Positions 16,783-26,899 of a DNA stretch of 64,000 bases are shown here, one piece after another. How positions within the stretch are numbered: position 1 is the first letter of the stretch; every line of letters begins with the position of its first letter. The notes under the pieces are model-generated. The model worked only from the letters and a program-made list of their open reading frames with translations, was not told the origin of the DNA and searched no databases. The stretch lies in NCBI GenBank assembly GCA_965205545.1, contig OZ242170.1:1649149-1713148 (forward strand), read 5' to 3'. The position numbers were made by a program, and so were the translations under genes. Source of the stretch: Candidatus Azotimanducaceae bacterium. GTDB taxonomy: Bacteria > Pseudomonadota > Gammaproteobacteria > Pseudomonadales > Azotimanducaceae.

Positions 16783-18594
16783 CTATCGGTCCAGAGTCAA
16801 AGCGGTTAGAAAGGCCTGTTGCGGAATTTCGACTTTCCCAATCTGTTTCATCCGCTTCTTGCCTTCCTTCTGCTTTTCAAGCAGCTTCTTCTTGCGAGTC
16901 ACATCGCCACCGTAGCACTTGGCGGTTACGTTCTTTCGCAAAGCCTTTACGGTTGTTCTTGCCAGGACCTTGCGGCCAATCGCTGCTTGGATGGCAACAT
17001 CAAACATCTGTCGCGGAATTACTTCCTTTAGTGCAACGGCTACTTGACGCCCCCGTGATTGCGCAACATCTCGGTGAACAATTACGGCCAAGCTATCCAC
17101 CCGATCCTCATTTATAAGAATGTCAAGACGGACAAGAGGTGCAGATTCAAAACGATGAAACCCGTAGTCAAGGGAGGCATAGCCGCGACTAACTGACTTC
17201 AATCGATCGAAAAAGTCGACCACCACCTCCCCCATAGGAATGTCATAGGTCAATGAGACCTGGCTACTGGTCATTTGCATGTTCCTTTGCACGCCTCGAC
17301 GTTCTATGCAAAGTTCGATCACACTTCCAAGATGCTCTTGAGGAACAAGAATGTTGACGCGAGCGATGGGTTCCCGTATTTCCACCAAATCCGAGACTTG
17401 ATCCAATTGCGAGGGGCTATGGATTTGAACGGTATCGCCACTCTTCCGCAACACTTCGTACACCACGGACGGAGCGGTAACGACAACATCTAGCTCGTAC
17501 TCCCTTTCCAATCGTTCTTGGACAATTTCCATGTGCAACATTCCAAGAAATCCACACCGATAGCCGAACCCAAGAGCATCTGAGTTTTCGCTTTCGTATT
17601 GAAGCGAAGCATCGTTTAGTCCAAGCTTTTCCAAAGCCCTGCCCAGTGCCTCGTAGTCGTCGGGATCACTTGGATACAAACCTGCGTAGACTTGCGGTTT
17701 CAGTCTCTCAAATCCGGGCAAAGGAGCTGCGGGCGCTCTTGCGGAAACTAGGGTATCCCCCACTGGGGCTCCATGGATATCCTTGATTCCTGCTACAACG
17801 TAGCCCACGTCACCTGCAAGCAACGACTCTCTCTCCTCTCGACGAGGAGTGAACACTCCGATTTGCTCGACCGCAGTCTCACGCCCAACTGAACAGGACA
17901 CTATGCGATCACGCAATCGAATAGCTCCTTCGAAAATTCGCACCAAGGAAACAACCCCAGCGTAACGGTCAAACCAGGAGTCGATAATCAGCGCACGCAA
18001 TTGATCGTAGAGCTCGCAATTCGGCGCCGGTATCGCGTGCACGATGAGTTCCAGTAGATCATCGATTCCTTCGCCCGTCTTTGCACTAATTCCCAATATG
18101 TTGTCGGTTTGTAATCCGATCAACGACTCGATTTCTCGCGTGGCTTGATCAGGATCTGCCTGGGGAAGGTCCATCTTGTTCAACACAGGAATCACTTCCA
18201 AGCCTTGTTCGATGGCGGCATAGCAGTTGGCAACGGACTGCGCCTCAACACCTTGTGCGGCATCGACGATTAGCAGCGCTCCTTCGCACCCTGCAAGCGA
18301 GCGGGAGACCTCATAGCTGAAGTCCACATGGCCAGGCGTGTCAATGAAGTTCAGGTAATACGTCAGCCCATCGCGAGCCTCATAGTTCAGTGCCACGCTT
18401 TGGGATTTGATCGTAATACCACGTTCACGCTCGAGATCCATCGAATCCAAAACTTGATCCGCCATCTCTCGATCTGACAGACCGCCACATCGTTGAATTA
18501 ATCGATCCGCGACAGTTGATTTGCCGTGGTCAATATGAGCAATAATTGAGAAGTTGCGAGTTCGAGAGACTCGCGACTCAAGGGATTCAGTCAC
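16783..18594 (-). CDS. lepA: Translation elongation factor 4
   Basis: 603 aa. [21 protein letters not shown] and [14 protein letters not shown] show end-to-end LepA-like organisation. Confidence 0.97.
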   Translation of the reverse strand: MTESLESRVSRTRNFSIIAHIDHGKSTVADRLIQRCGGLSDREMADQVLDSMDLERERGITIKSQSVALNYEARDGLTYYLNFIDTPGHVDFSYEVSRSLAGCEGALLIVDAAQGVEAQSVANCYAAIEQGLEVIPVLNKMDLPQADPDQATREIESLIGLQTDNILGISAKTGEGIDDLLELIVHAIPAPNCELYDQLRALIIDSWFDRYAGVVSLVRIFEGAIRLRDRIVSCSVGRETAVEQIGVFTPRREERESLLAGDVGYVVAGIKDIHGAPVGDTLVSARAPAAPLPGFERLKPQVYAGLYPSDPDDYEALGRALEKLGLNDASLQYESENSDALGFGYRCGFLGMLHMEIVQERLEREYELDVVVTAPSVVYEVLRKSGDTVQIHSPSQLDQVSDLVEIREPIARVNILVPQEHLGSVIELCIERRGVQRNMQMTSSQVSLTYDIPMGEVVVDFFDRLKSVSRGYASLDYGFHRFESAPLVRLDILINEDRVDSLAVIVHRDVAQSRGRQVAVALKEVIPRQMFDVAIQAAIGRKVLARTTVKALRKNVTAKCYGGDVTRKKKLLEKQKEGKKRMKQIGKVEIPQQAFLTALTLDR

Positions 18595-18613
18595 GTAGGA
18601 ACGCAGATGTTGC

Positions 18614-20107
18614 CTATGTTGTTGAGCCGTATCGCGCCGACACGTGGTTGATGAAGGCCTTACTGTCCAACGGCCTGCCGGTTACGGATTCGATCAATTC
18701 GAAACTTGGCGTCAATTGTCCACGTGAATGGATGTTCGCTCGCTGCCAAGCCAACACCCTGTCGAATCTTCCTGCCGCAATGTCTCCCTCAATGTCTGGA
18801 ACATCGCGCAGGAGTGCCTGGTAAAGTTGCGCAGCTGTAAGCGCTCCCAAGGTGTAGCACGGAAAATAGCCAATCAACCCGGCAAACCAGTGTACGTCCT
18901 GCATGCAACCATCGCGAAAATCTCCATTCAATTCAATACCGAAAGATTCAAGCATGGCTTGATTCCATGCTGATGGAATGTCTTCAACACTCAATTGATC
19001 GTTCAAGATTGCCTTTTCTAGCCGATAGCGCAATGCAACGTGTAGCGGATAGGTAGTCTCATCAGCTTCTACACGTATTTTTCCGCGTTCCACTTTTCTC
19101 ACAGCGCAAGCCAAATTCTCGACATTCCAGGAAGTTCCATTGCCACGGACGTTTAAGCACTCCTCAATGAGTGGCTTGGCAAAACTCAAGAATGCATCTC
19201 CACGGCATATCTGCATCTCCACAAAAAGGGATTGGCTTTCGTGGATCATCATTCCCAATGAGTGGCCCACTGGCTGATCACTCCATTCCGATGGGAGCCC
19301 CTGCTGGTACAACGCGTGACCTGTCTCATGAAGAACCGCGTACATGGATTCCAGAAAGTCGTCGGCCCCGAACCTTGTTGTAATGCGAGTGTCCGTGTGC
19401 TCGCCGCAAGTGAAGGGATGATGGCTCGTGTCGATTCTTCCTCGACCGAAGTCGAAGCCGATGGGTGTCATGAGTCGACGTGCAAGGTCTAGCTGCCGTG
19501 CTGGGGAATAATCTCCTTGGAAATTAGGTGCTTGCGTTTGCGAAGCCAACACGTTTTCTACGAAGTTTGGCAGAAAATCCACTAAATCGGAGAACACTGG
19601 GTCGATGAATTTCGCGGATAGTCCGGGTTCATACTCGTCCAAGAGTGCGTCGTAGGGATCCATATCTAAGCTATCGCTGAGCAAGGATGCACGCTTCTTG
19701 GTGAGATTGACTACCTCAGAGAGAAGCGGCGCTACTGCTCGCCAATCGTTTTCCTTTCGCTTTTCGCGCCATTCCTGTTCACAAGCCGATGTTGCTCTGG
19801 AAAGAGCAACAACCAGGTCTCCTGGGATTGCCGTAGCCCGCTTACGCTGATGTTCGATTACACGCACGTTTGCTATGTCCCATTCGTTGGTCAGCCCGGA
19901 CTGCTTGACCGACTCCACGAGGTCTCCCATTTCCTCGCTCACCAACATTCCGTGTACGACCTCTCTCAAGACAGCAAGTGACTCAGCCCTTCGGGCTCCA
20001 CCGCCACGAGGCATCATCACCGCTTCGTCCCATGAAAGATACTGAGACGCGTGATTAATGTTGTGAATTGCGCGGAATTTATCGCGAAGTTTCTCTACAT
20101 GGGACAT
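18614..20107 (-). CDS. M32 family (Taq-type) metallocarboxypeptidase
   Basis: HETGHALYQ (HExxH), [19 protein letters not shown] and MQDVHW are the M32 signature blocks. Confidence 0.9.
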   Translation of the reverse strand: MSHVEKLRDKFRAIHNINHASQYLSWDEAVMMPRGGGARRAESLAVLREVVHGMLVSEEMGDLVESVKQSGLTNEWDIANVRVIEHQRKRATAIPGDLVVALSRATSACEQEWREKRKENDWRAVAPLLSEVVNLTKKRASLLSDSLDMDPYDALLDEYEPGLSAKFIDPVFSDLVDFLPNFVENVLASQTQAPNFQGDYSPARQLDLARRLMTPIGFDFGRGRIDTSHHPFTCGEHTDTRITTRFGADDFLESMYAVLHETGHALYQQGLPSEWSDQPVGHSLGMMIHESQSLFVEMQICRGDAFLSFAKPLIEECLNVRGNGTSWNVENLACAVRKVERGKIRVEADETTYPLHVALRYRLEKAILNDQLSVEDIPSAWNQAMLESFGIELNGDFRDGCMQDVHWFAGLIGYFPCYTLGALTAAQLYQALLRDVPDIEGDIAAGRFDRVLAWQRANIHSRGQLTPSFELIESVTGRPLDSKAFINHVSARYGSTT

Positions 20108-20323
20108 TGGACGTCTAGCTTGACCTGCGTGAAGGAGGTGGGCGAAAAATTATAGTTATCGCTGTCGATTCGAATTGGCGCGCAAGACCGACTTGAACTG
20201 ACTCTGGGTTGTGCGGGAAATAGGAAACCGTACGGTCCAACCTAGAGCTGAAATCGTTGCTCTATCGCTGTCTCGACAGAAACATCACCCACAATTGGAT
20301 TGAGACCGGAATTAGACCAAAAA

Positions 20324-21265
20324 CTAGCGTCGCCGCCTCGGCGGCAGCGTTAGGACATTGAATCCTGAACTGGCAGCGGCCTCCTGATTCTCTGTGTCGG
20401 AATCCGAGCCCACATTGACGCTCAATACATCGAGAGGATCGTAAACGGATTGCTCCTGCCGTGGTGTCCACTCTGAAATCATTTGCTGTGCCTGCTTCTG
20501 AATTTCTTCCACCTCAAGAAGCGTCTGATCCACAGTAACTTGATCTATACCTGCAAAGTCTTCAATGGTGGGTACGTCGTCGTCAGGTTCCGCCGCTAGC
20601 GCGCCTACGTCTGCAAGTGGCACATCCGTATCCGCAGCAGGTGTCGCATCCGCGTCAGCAACCATTGGCGCACCAGATTCGCCACCTTCATTGGCGTCAA
20701 CATTGTCACCTTCTACGACCTCGGGCTCTGCAGGTTCGGCCGTTACAGCATCGAGGATTTCTTCGGCAGGAGCTTGCGAATCGACACTGCTTAACTCCTC
20801 CGCACCGGTCACTTCTGCTTCCTCAATCGGAAGAGTTGGTTGATCGGCTTCAACTATTGGTTCGGCAACAGGTGCCATTCGCTGCTGTGCCTGATTAGGT
20901 GTGGCGTCCACATTCCATGACTCGTCCGATCCTTGCACAAACCAGACGTCCTCCCAACCGGCTTCGCGTGCACTGTCCAAAAATGAAACGCCATCCATTC
21001 CAGTAGCCACTTCGACTACTACCCTATAAACAGTCGAGCCTTCCACAGTGCCAGGCTTAACCTTGGCATTGACGCCGAGCTTCGATGATGCCCAAGCGGC
21101 CTCGGAATCCGCACGTTCTTGCGTAGTCCAGCTGCTGTAGACCACGAAACCTTCCGCCAATACGGATGTTGGCACCACAATCAACACTACTGCTGCCAAT
21201 GCGCAAATGAGTACCCTTCCCATGAATGAGACCTTCAAATGTTCCGTTTCGCTACTCATTTGCAA
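20324..21265 (-). CDS. Secreted or anchored SPOR-like domain protein with an acidic disordered tail
   Basis: It has the signal/anchor segment VLICALAAVVLIVVPTSVLAEG. FVVYSSWTTQERADSEAAWASSKLGV...STVYRVVVEV...AREAGWEDVWFV resembles a SPOR repeat. The remaining roughly 200 aa are A/E/D/V/P-rich. The start may be the internal M at 21223. Confidence 0.55.
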   Translation of the reverse strand: MQMSSETEHLKVSFMGRVLICALAAVVLIVVPTSVLAEGFVVYSSWTTQERADSEAAWASSKLGVNAKVKPGTVEGSTVYRVVVEVATGMDGVSFLDSAREAGWEDVWFVQGSDESWNVDATPNQAQQRMAPVAEPIVEADQPTLPIEEAEVTGAEELSSVDSQAPAEEILDAVTAEPAEPEVVEGDNVDANEGGESGAPMVADADATPAADTDVPLADVGALAAEPDDDVPTIEDFAGIDQVTVDQTLLEVEEIQKQAQQMISEWTPRQEQSVYDPLDVLSVNVGSDSDTENQEAAASSGFNVLTLPPRRRR

Positions 21266-21313
21266 ACTTACCTGATTGCATGACGCTATTCTAACTGTGG
21301 GACATCCCGTAGT

Positions 21314-21685
21314 TTACCCAAGAATTCGTACTCTCGGTCGCAGCATTACGCTGAACCGACGGCTTCGGCAATACCCGATAGCCGCGATTGCGGCTAGTGC
21401 CAATGCCACCAGAGCAAGCGACCAAGACTCAAGAAAATAGAAAACTGCTAAAGCGCAAAATAGCGGAAACCCTAACGCTATGGCTGTGCCTAGAGCTAGC
21501 GAGGCTGGCGACGTTTCCACTTCCACATCTGCACCAATGGACAGTTTCTCGTCCAACCAGAGTTCGACGTCTCGATTTGTAATCAATCTGCAGGAACCCG
21601 GACAACCATCGCAATACTTGCGTGCAAAACGGACCTTCGATTTGCCGTTTTCCGATGCGATAACGGTTCCACACCCAAGCAGCAT
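21314..21685 (-). CDS. rseC: Sigma-E regulatory protein RseC/MucC family
   Basis: GTVIASENGKSKVRF..YCDGCPGSCRL is followed by two TM helices, and the gene sits after rseB. Confidence 0.8.
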   Translation of the reverse strand: MLLGCGTVIASENGKSKVRFARKYCDGCPGSCRLITNRDVELWLDEKLSIGADVEVETSPASLALGTAIALGFPLFCALAVFYFLESWSLALVALALAAIAAIGYCRSRRFSVMLRPRVRILG

Positions 21686-21703
21686 AGTTGCAGGGCTAGG
21701 AGT

Positions 21704-22708
21704 TTAGGGATCGAACTTTACGCCGCGCGCAACGCGCCAAACAGTCTTGGCAGGGAGATCGCCCACAACAGTCACAAGCTGGGATCTGCCATCGTTGTCT
21801 TGCATGGTGTGGGACACAACAACCGTCGGACCGGATATGGTTTCTGCGGTCAGCTGTTTGTGCGATTCTGAAATCGGTTCCACTATTACCATGAGAGGCA
21901 CCATACCATCGCTATACATCACATGCCGCGCAGCTTCGCTTCCAATGGAGTCATCCAACCCTTGAGAGCTGAATCTTTGAAAACCTTTGGGAATCCAACC
22001 CAAATGCCAATTTGCATCAGACTCCTCCATCGGTTCATCAAGATTCTCTGATTGCTTGATCTGCATTTTCAGGTTTGAATGGGTGTGTCCAGAGAACGAA
22101 TGCTTGTGTGGATCAAGCTCACCGGTCTCGAATTCGGTGAACTGCCAGATCTTTATCGGCCTTCGATCGTCATCTCGCATGTCGTAACGCAATAGCGCGT
22201 AAGTTTCCTCGTCGATCCACAAATGGATCGAATAGCGATCACCCTCCTTGGGAATCATTGAGATGCATGCGGCAGCTCGACCTGCAATTCTGTCTTTGCC
22301 ATCGAAATTGATGGCATATGTGTCATCGATCTTGCCGAATTGAGGTTGAAATGTGCTAGATACTTGCTCGCGTTCAAGTTTGTCTCGCAACTGGAGGAGC
22401 TCGTCGTCGGCACCCAGTTCCAAAAACACGCTTCCACCTTCTCGAATAAACGATCTGGGACGTCCATTCAGGTTGGTAACCCGCTCATGCACCTCGCCAT
22501 GTTCAATAATGTGGCTGTACCAAAGCGTTGTCATTTCCTGCCCATCGAAATAGCTAAGCGTTCCCGCATAGCTAAGTTCTTGCTGGGCTTGAATCATGAG
22601 TTGGAACCAATCTTCGGCGCTTCGTTCCTCAGCTTTACTGACAGCGACTAGCAGGCAGCAAGAAACAAGCGACAGCGCGCAACTTGCTTGGGCGCGGGAA
22701 AAGATCAT
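21704..22708 (-). CDS. rseB: Sigma-E factor regulatory protein RseB/MucB
   Basis: 334 aa with a signal peptide. AEDWFQLMIQAQQELSYAGTLSYFDG is a typical RseB N-terminus. It overlaps the rseA stop by 4 nt. Confidence 0.85.
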   Translation of the reverse strand: MIFSRAQASCALSLVSCCLLVAVSKAEERSAEDWFQLMIQAQQELSYAGTLSYFDGQEMTTLWYSHIIEHGEVHERVTNLNGRPRSFIREGGSVFLELGADDELLQLRDKLEREQVSSTFQPQFGKIDDTYAINFDGKDRIAGRAAACISMIPKEGDRYSIHLWIDEETYALLRYDMRDDDRRPIKIWQFTEFETGELDPHKHSFSGHTHSNLKMQIKQSENLDEPMEESDANWHLGWIPKGFQRFSSQGLDDSIGSEAARHVMYSDGMVPLMVIVEPISESHKQLTAETISGPTVVVSHTMQDNDGRSQLVTVVGDLPAKTVWRVARGVKFDP

Positions 22709-23274
22709 TCAGTAGTTATGGACGCTTTGCGAGAGGTAACTTGAGGGAGGGATAGAGAAGCGCGGTTATAGAGGTCGTACTTAATCAAATATTGCAACTG
22801 CTTTTGTTGAATGTCCGAAGGGATACTGACTACATTGCCAGTACTTGGCACTTGCACTGCTCCGAGAGTGTCACCTCCTGCGGCATTCACCTGATCGTCG
22901 GATACAGCCAGTGATGGATTTCTCGCATCGTCTCTATCCGGCATGAGGAAAAACACGCCTAGCACCAATGTAGCGGCCAACGCTAAGACAGAAACGCCTC
23001 CAACCGCTGTCTTCCGATTGACGCGACGCCTTCCCTGCAACGCAACAATGTTGTAATCATCGGGGATTCTTGCCGCCTCTACATCCCACTTTGGCGGATT
23101 ATCTAACGATGAAAGCTTCTCCCCACGCAGAACTGCTGATATAGCGCTGTAACATCGCCAATCGCTTCGCAGTTCGTCATTGGAATTTGATTCATCCAGA
23201 ACCCGACGTAGTTCGTTATTCTCTGCTTCGCCGTCCATACAGGCAGACAGCGACTCTTGCAACGCCTGCGCCAT
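22705..23274 (-). CDS. rseA: Anti-sigma-E factor RseA/MucA
   Basis: The N-terminus QESLSACMDGEAENNELRRVL...WRCYSAISAVLRGE matches the RseA N-terminal domain pattern (LSALMDGE...W..Y.LI.D..RG). It has a central TM and lies immediately downstream of rpoE. Confidence 0.85.
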   Translation of the reverse strand: MAQALQESLSACMDGEAENNELRRVLDESNSNDELRSDWRCYSAISAVLRGEKLSSLDNPPKWDVEAARIPDDYNIVALQGRRRVNRKTAVGGVSVLALAATLVLGVFFLMPDRDDARNPSLAVSDDQVNAAGGDTLGAVQVPSTGNVVSIPSDIQQKQLQYLIKYDLYNRASLSLPQVTSRKASITTE

Positions 23275-23373
23275 AGCGATTCTTACACTCTACCCATAAA
23301 ACATTCAACCCCTAGTTGGCAGTTTGCCGGCAGGATTGACCCATTGTACACTCCACATTCGTGAATGTTCACC

Positions 23374-23949
23374 CTAGTTTCCTTCTCGAGCACGCATTCT
23401 CGTGGCGATGGCTTCGCGCGCACGAAAAATACGTGACCTGACAGTACCAACAGGACAATCCATAATATCTGCAATTTGCTCGTAACTTAGACCAGCGTAC
23501 TCACGAAGTGTTACCGCACTTTTTAGTTCCGGTTCCAATTCTTGGATTGCGCGTTTGATGATTTGTTCCAGCTCAAGGCTTTCGAGAATGTTTTCAGGAT
23601 TGTCCGTCTCGTGCAAATTCGGGATTTCATTAACAACCGCATCGTCCACAATGTCGATGTCGGATGTTGCTGGACGTCGGCTTCGCGAAGCTAGATAATT
23701 CTTTGCGGTGTTGGCAGCAATGCGATAGAGCCATGTGTAGAACTGGCTATCCCCACGGAAGCGTGGCATGGCTTTATATGCCTTAATAAAGGACTCCTGC
23801 ACGATCTCCTCGATGTCCTCATGATTGTCGACAAATCGACTGACCAAGGAGTGAATCCTATGCTTGTAGCGCTCAAACAACAGGTCAAAGGCGCGCGTGT
23901 CGCCGTCTTGAACACGTTTGACCAGCTCAGCATCAGTATCGGCTACCAA
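23374..23949 (-). CDS. rpoE: RNA polymerase sigma factor RpoE (sigma-24/AlgU)
   Basis: DAELVKRVQDGDTRAFDLLFERYKHRIHSLVSRFV and the C-terminal region 4 GLSYEQIADIMDCPVGTVRSRIFRAR support the call. The track ORF extends to 24051 with 34 non-homologous residues. The TTG at 23949, preceded by GGGAAG, gives 191 aa, the canonical RpoE length, so the start is inferred. Confidence 0.9.
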   Translation of the reverse strand: MVADTDAELVKRVQDGDTRAFDLLFERYKHRIHSLVSRFVDNHEDIEEIVQESFIKAYKAMPRFRGDSQFYTWLYRIAANTAKNYLASRSRRPATSDIDIVDDAVVNEIPNLHETDNPENILESLELEQIIKRAIQELEPELKSAVTLREYAGLSYEQIADIMDCPVGTVRSRIFRAREAIATRMRAREGN

Positions 23950-24049
23950 GACACTTCCCGTTCGGCGAGACCGTGTGACTGACACGGTAAGTAATTGTGC
24001 AATGTTGTATTGTAAGAACATGAACCCAATGACCGGGGTCACTTGAACC

Positions 24050-25687
24050 ATGGCAGCGCGCCTTAGATCTCAAGCAGACGTACTAATTGTTGGAGCAGGA
24101 GCTGCAGGGCTCAGTGCCGCTTTGGATCTTGCGCCACATTTCAACGTGTTGGTCTTGTCCAAGGAAAGCGTTCGGGGCACCACGACCAACCGGGCTCAAG
24201 GAGGAATCGCTGCCGTCTGGGATCCTGCAGATTCCCTCGAGGCCCATGAGCAAGACACCCTCAGGGCGGGAGCGGGGCTATGCGATCCGAAAGTCGTGAA
24301 ATTTGTTGTGGCAAATGCAAACGACGTAGTAACTAATCTTCTCGATCTAGGGGTCGCGTTCGACAAGGATGGCGACGATGTCCATCTTGCAACTGAAGGA
24401 GCACACAGTTTTCGACGAGTTCTGCATGTCGCCGATGCTACGGGACTTGCGATTTCCTCAAAATTGATCGAGCACGCGAGCGACCATCCTAATGTCGAGA
24501 TTCGATCCGATCGCGTAGTAATCGATCTAGTTACAAGCGCAAAGCTAGGGCGAAAGGATCAACGTGTTTTCGGCGCCTATGTCTACAACCGCAAGTTGGA
24601 TTGCGTAGAAACCGTCTCTGCACCCTGCGTAATCTTAGCCACAGGCGGGGCGTCAAAAGTCTACAAATACACAAGCAATCCGGATGGCGCAACGGGCGAT
24701 GGAATTGCTATTGGCTATCGAGCAGGGTGTCGGGTTGCAAACATGGAATTCAATCAGTTCCATCCTACATGTCTCTATCATCCAGAGGCCCGTTCGTTTT
24801 TGATTTCCGAGGCTGTTCGTGGGGAAGGTGGGCGTCTTATCCTGCCCAACGGAGAGCGATTCATGCCGCGATTCGATTCGCGGGGCGATTTGGCACCGCG
24901 CGACATTGTTGCGCGTGCAATTGACTTTGAAATGAAGCGATTGGGGATCGAGTGCGTATTCCTCGACGCCAGCCATCTCCCACGCTCCAAAATTGAAAAC
25001 CGATTTCCGCAAATACACAAGAAACTGAAGTCCGTAGGCATCGACATGGCACAGGATCCAATTCCGATTGTCCCTGCCGCGCACTATACGTGTGGCGGAG
25101 TGCTTGTGGATCGCCATGGGTCGACTGACATATCCGGACTCTATGCAATCGGCGAGACAGCATGCACTGGACTGCATGGAGCCAACAGGTTGGCTAGCAA
25201 CTCTCTGTTGGAATGCTTGGTGTTTGCAATGAGCTCCGCTCAACACATACTCTCCCGGCGTCGTAGTCGTGGCACCGAAATCGCCACGATTCCCGATTGG
25301 GATGAGAGCAAGGTCACAAACTCCGATGAGGACGTCGTTCTAACTCAAAACTGGTCTGAAATCCGTCGGTTCATGTGGAACTACATGGGGATCGTGCGAA
25401 CGGACAAGCGATTGGAAAGAGCTTCAAGACGAATAGCACTCCTTAAGAACGAGGTGTACGACTACTACTCAAACTATCGAGTGAATGGCGACCTCTTGGA
25501 ACTTCGCAATCTCATCCTGGTGGCGGACCTAATGGTGCGGTCTGCACAGTGGCGAAAGGAGAGCCGTGGTCTCCATTACACAATCGACTACCCCCAAACC
25601 AATGTTCGTGGCATCCCAAGCGTGCTGCACCCACGCCGCGACCCGCTGGATGTATTCCAGCCAGCGAGGTCTGCTGCGCTTGGTTAG
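24050..25687 (+). CDS. nadB: L-aspartate oxidase
   Basis: 545 aa. DVLIVGAGAAGLSAAL, RAQGGIAA and HYTCGGV are present, and the gene is divergent from rpoE as in enterobacteria and pseudomonads. Confidence 0.95.
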   Translation: MAARLRSQADVLIVGAGAAGLSAALDLAPHFNVLVLSKESVRGTTTNRAQGGIAAVWDPADSLEAHEQDTLRAGAGLCDPKVVKFVVANANDVVTNLLDLGVAFDKDGDDVHLATEGAHSFRRVLHVADATGLAISSKLIEHASDHPNVEIRSDRVVIDLVTSAKLGRKDQRVFGAYVYNRKLDCVETVSAPCVILATGGASKVYKYTSNPDGATGDGIAIGYRAGCRVANMEFNQFHPTCLYHPEARSFLISEAVRGEGGRLILPNGERFMPRFDSRGDLAPRDIVARAIDFEMKRLGIECVFLDASHLPRSKIENRFPQIHKKLKSVGIDMAQDPIPIVPAAHYTCGGVLVDRHGSTDISGLYAIGETACTGLHGANRLASNSLLECLVFAMSSAQHILSRRRSRGTEIATIPDWDESKVTNSDEDVVLTQNWSEIRRFMWNYMGIVRTDKRLERASRRIALLKNEVYDYYSNYRVNGDLLELRNLILVADLMVRSAQWRKESRGLHYTIDYPQTNVRGIPSVLHPRRDPLDVFQPARSAALG

Positions 25688-25736
25688 CTGTTCACGATTC
25701 CATGTTCTTGGGCAAATCAAGATGGTCCCTAATGTG

Positions 25737-25976
25737 TTAGCCGCTCGCGTGGAATCTTAAGATTTCATTGACGATGTCCTCAAACTCGCCCGCGTCACTG
25801 GGGCGTTTCACTAACTCAAAGATGCGCACATCATCTAGATCAAGCAGCTGCTCGAAGGACGTTTTTTTCTCACTGGGCAGTTGATCGTAGCGATGTTGCG
25901 CGAACGGACAAAGCAATGCGTCCAACTCCAGCATGCCTCGACGGGACCGCCAAACCACCAATCGCTTCATGTCCAT
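25737..25976 (-). CDS. sdhE: FAD assembly factor SdhE (YgfY family)
   Basis: WRSRRGMLELDALLCPF carries the RGxxE motif. The start is taken at MDMKRL (25976) rather than the ORF maximum of 26039. Confidence 0.85.
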   Translation of the reverse strand: MDMKRLVVWRSRRGMLELDALLCPFAQHRYDQLPSEKKTSFEQLLDLDDVRIFELVKRPSDAGEFEDIVNEILRFHASG

Positions 25977-26098
25977 TTTCGGAACATTCCTGCGACAGAT
26001 AGTCGAGGGACCAAGCAATCGTGAAAGGCTATTCCACAACGAAATACCTCTCCGTAAATCTTGGCAAAATTTCCAATTCTCTTTGCTAAACTCAAACT

Positions 26099-26821
26099 AT
26101 GGGAAATCTTGGAATCCTAGCAGTAGAAGGTACCGACGCAGCTACGTTTCTGCAAGGCTACGTTACCGCTGACTTAGACCTTGTCGAGTCATCCCAGGCG
26201 ATGCCGATGGCCGTACCAGACATCAAGGGACGCGTACTGGCCAACGGTTGGGTTTACGGAGACTCGGAATGTGTACATCTAGTAATGCACAGCTCTCTAT
26301 TGCCACCGACGGAACAACACTTGCGTCGCTACATGATTTTCTCAAGGTCCAAAGTTCGACAACTAAATCAAGCAATGGACTTGAATGCAAGGTCCTCGAC
26401 CGACGGCATTGTTCTCCAACCTATTCAGTGGCGACTCAGGACTCAACATTCTGATAGTACCAATTGGCCAGCTCTTACCGTCGATGAGCAAATGCCACTT
26501 GTAACCCATGAAACCAGCGGCATGTTCCTGCCGCAAATGCTTGGGTTGACAGAACATGGCGCGGTGAATTTCACCAAAGGTTGTTATCTCGGGCAGGAAG
26601 TCATCGCTCGAGCACAACACAGAGGAGCAGTGAAGCGACGAATACAACGATACAAGATCAAGAACGGCAATCTGCAGTTAGCCGAAAAACTAAGAGCAGA
26701 AAATGGATCCACTGGAGTCGTAGTCGCCCTAAGTACCAGCCATGCCTTGGTTGTCGTGAACGGCACTCCGCAATACCTTACATCCGAAAGTGGTGCTGGT
26801 GTAGTTCTCAGACGGCCGTGA
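26099..26821 (+). CDS. ygfZ: Folate-binding protein YgfZ family (short form)
   Basis: TKGCYLGQEVIARAQHRGAVKRR is the KGCY.GQE signature, and the gene sits next to sdhE. At 240 aa it is shorter than E. coli YgfZ. Confidence 0.8.
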   Translation: MGNLGILAVEGTDAATFLQGYVTADLDLVESSQAMPMAVPDIKGRVLANGWVYGDSECVHLVMHSSLLPPTEQHLRRYMIFSRSKVRQLNQAMDLNARSSTDGIVLQPIQWRLRTQHSDSTNWPALTVDEQMPLVTHETSGMFLPQMLGLTEHGAVNFTKGCYLGQEVIARAQHRGAVKRRIQRYKIKNGNLQLAEKLRAENGSTGVVVALSTSHALVVVNGTPQYLTSESGAGVVLRRP

Positions 26822-26899
26822 GTACGCACCCCACTTGCGCGCGTGAGTCTCGACAAGCGGCACTGTACGAAGAGTAATAGGGACCCGGCTTGTATTGGC

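Noticed and set aside
20150-20285. A short repeated motif ATCGCTGTC (about 20159 and 20264) and a mini-palindrome CTGTCTCGACAG in the spacer upstream of the M32 carboxypeptidase gene.
   Set aside because: Only 9 bp are shared and the stem is 5 bp, which is within chance expectation for a 216-bp spacer. There is no recognisable operator consensus.
23950-24051. A 34-residue N-terminal extension of RpoE implied by the longest ORF (ATG 24051).
   Set aside because: The extension has no counterpart in sigma-E proteins and would overlap the divergent nadB start (24050). The TTG at 23949 gives the canonical 191-aa length, so the extension is treated as non-coding promoter region.
24653-25246. A 197-aa minus-strand ORF inside nadB, together with the overlapping ORFs 24778-25047 and 24861-25163.
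   Set aside because: It is antisense to an unambiguous L-aspartate oxidase gene and has Cys/Arg-rich shadow composition.
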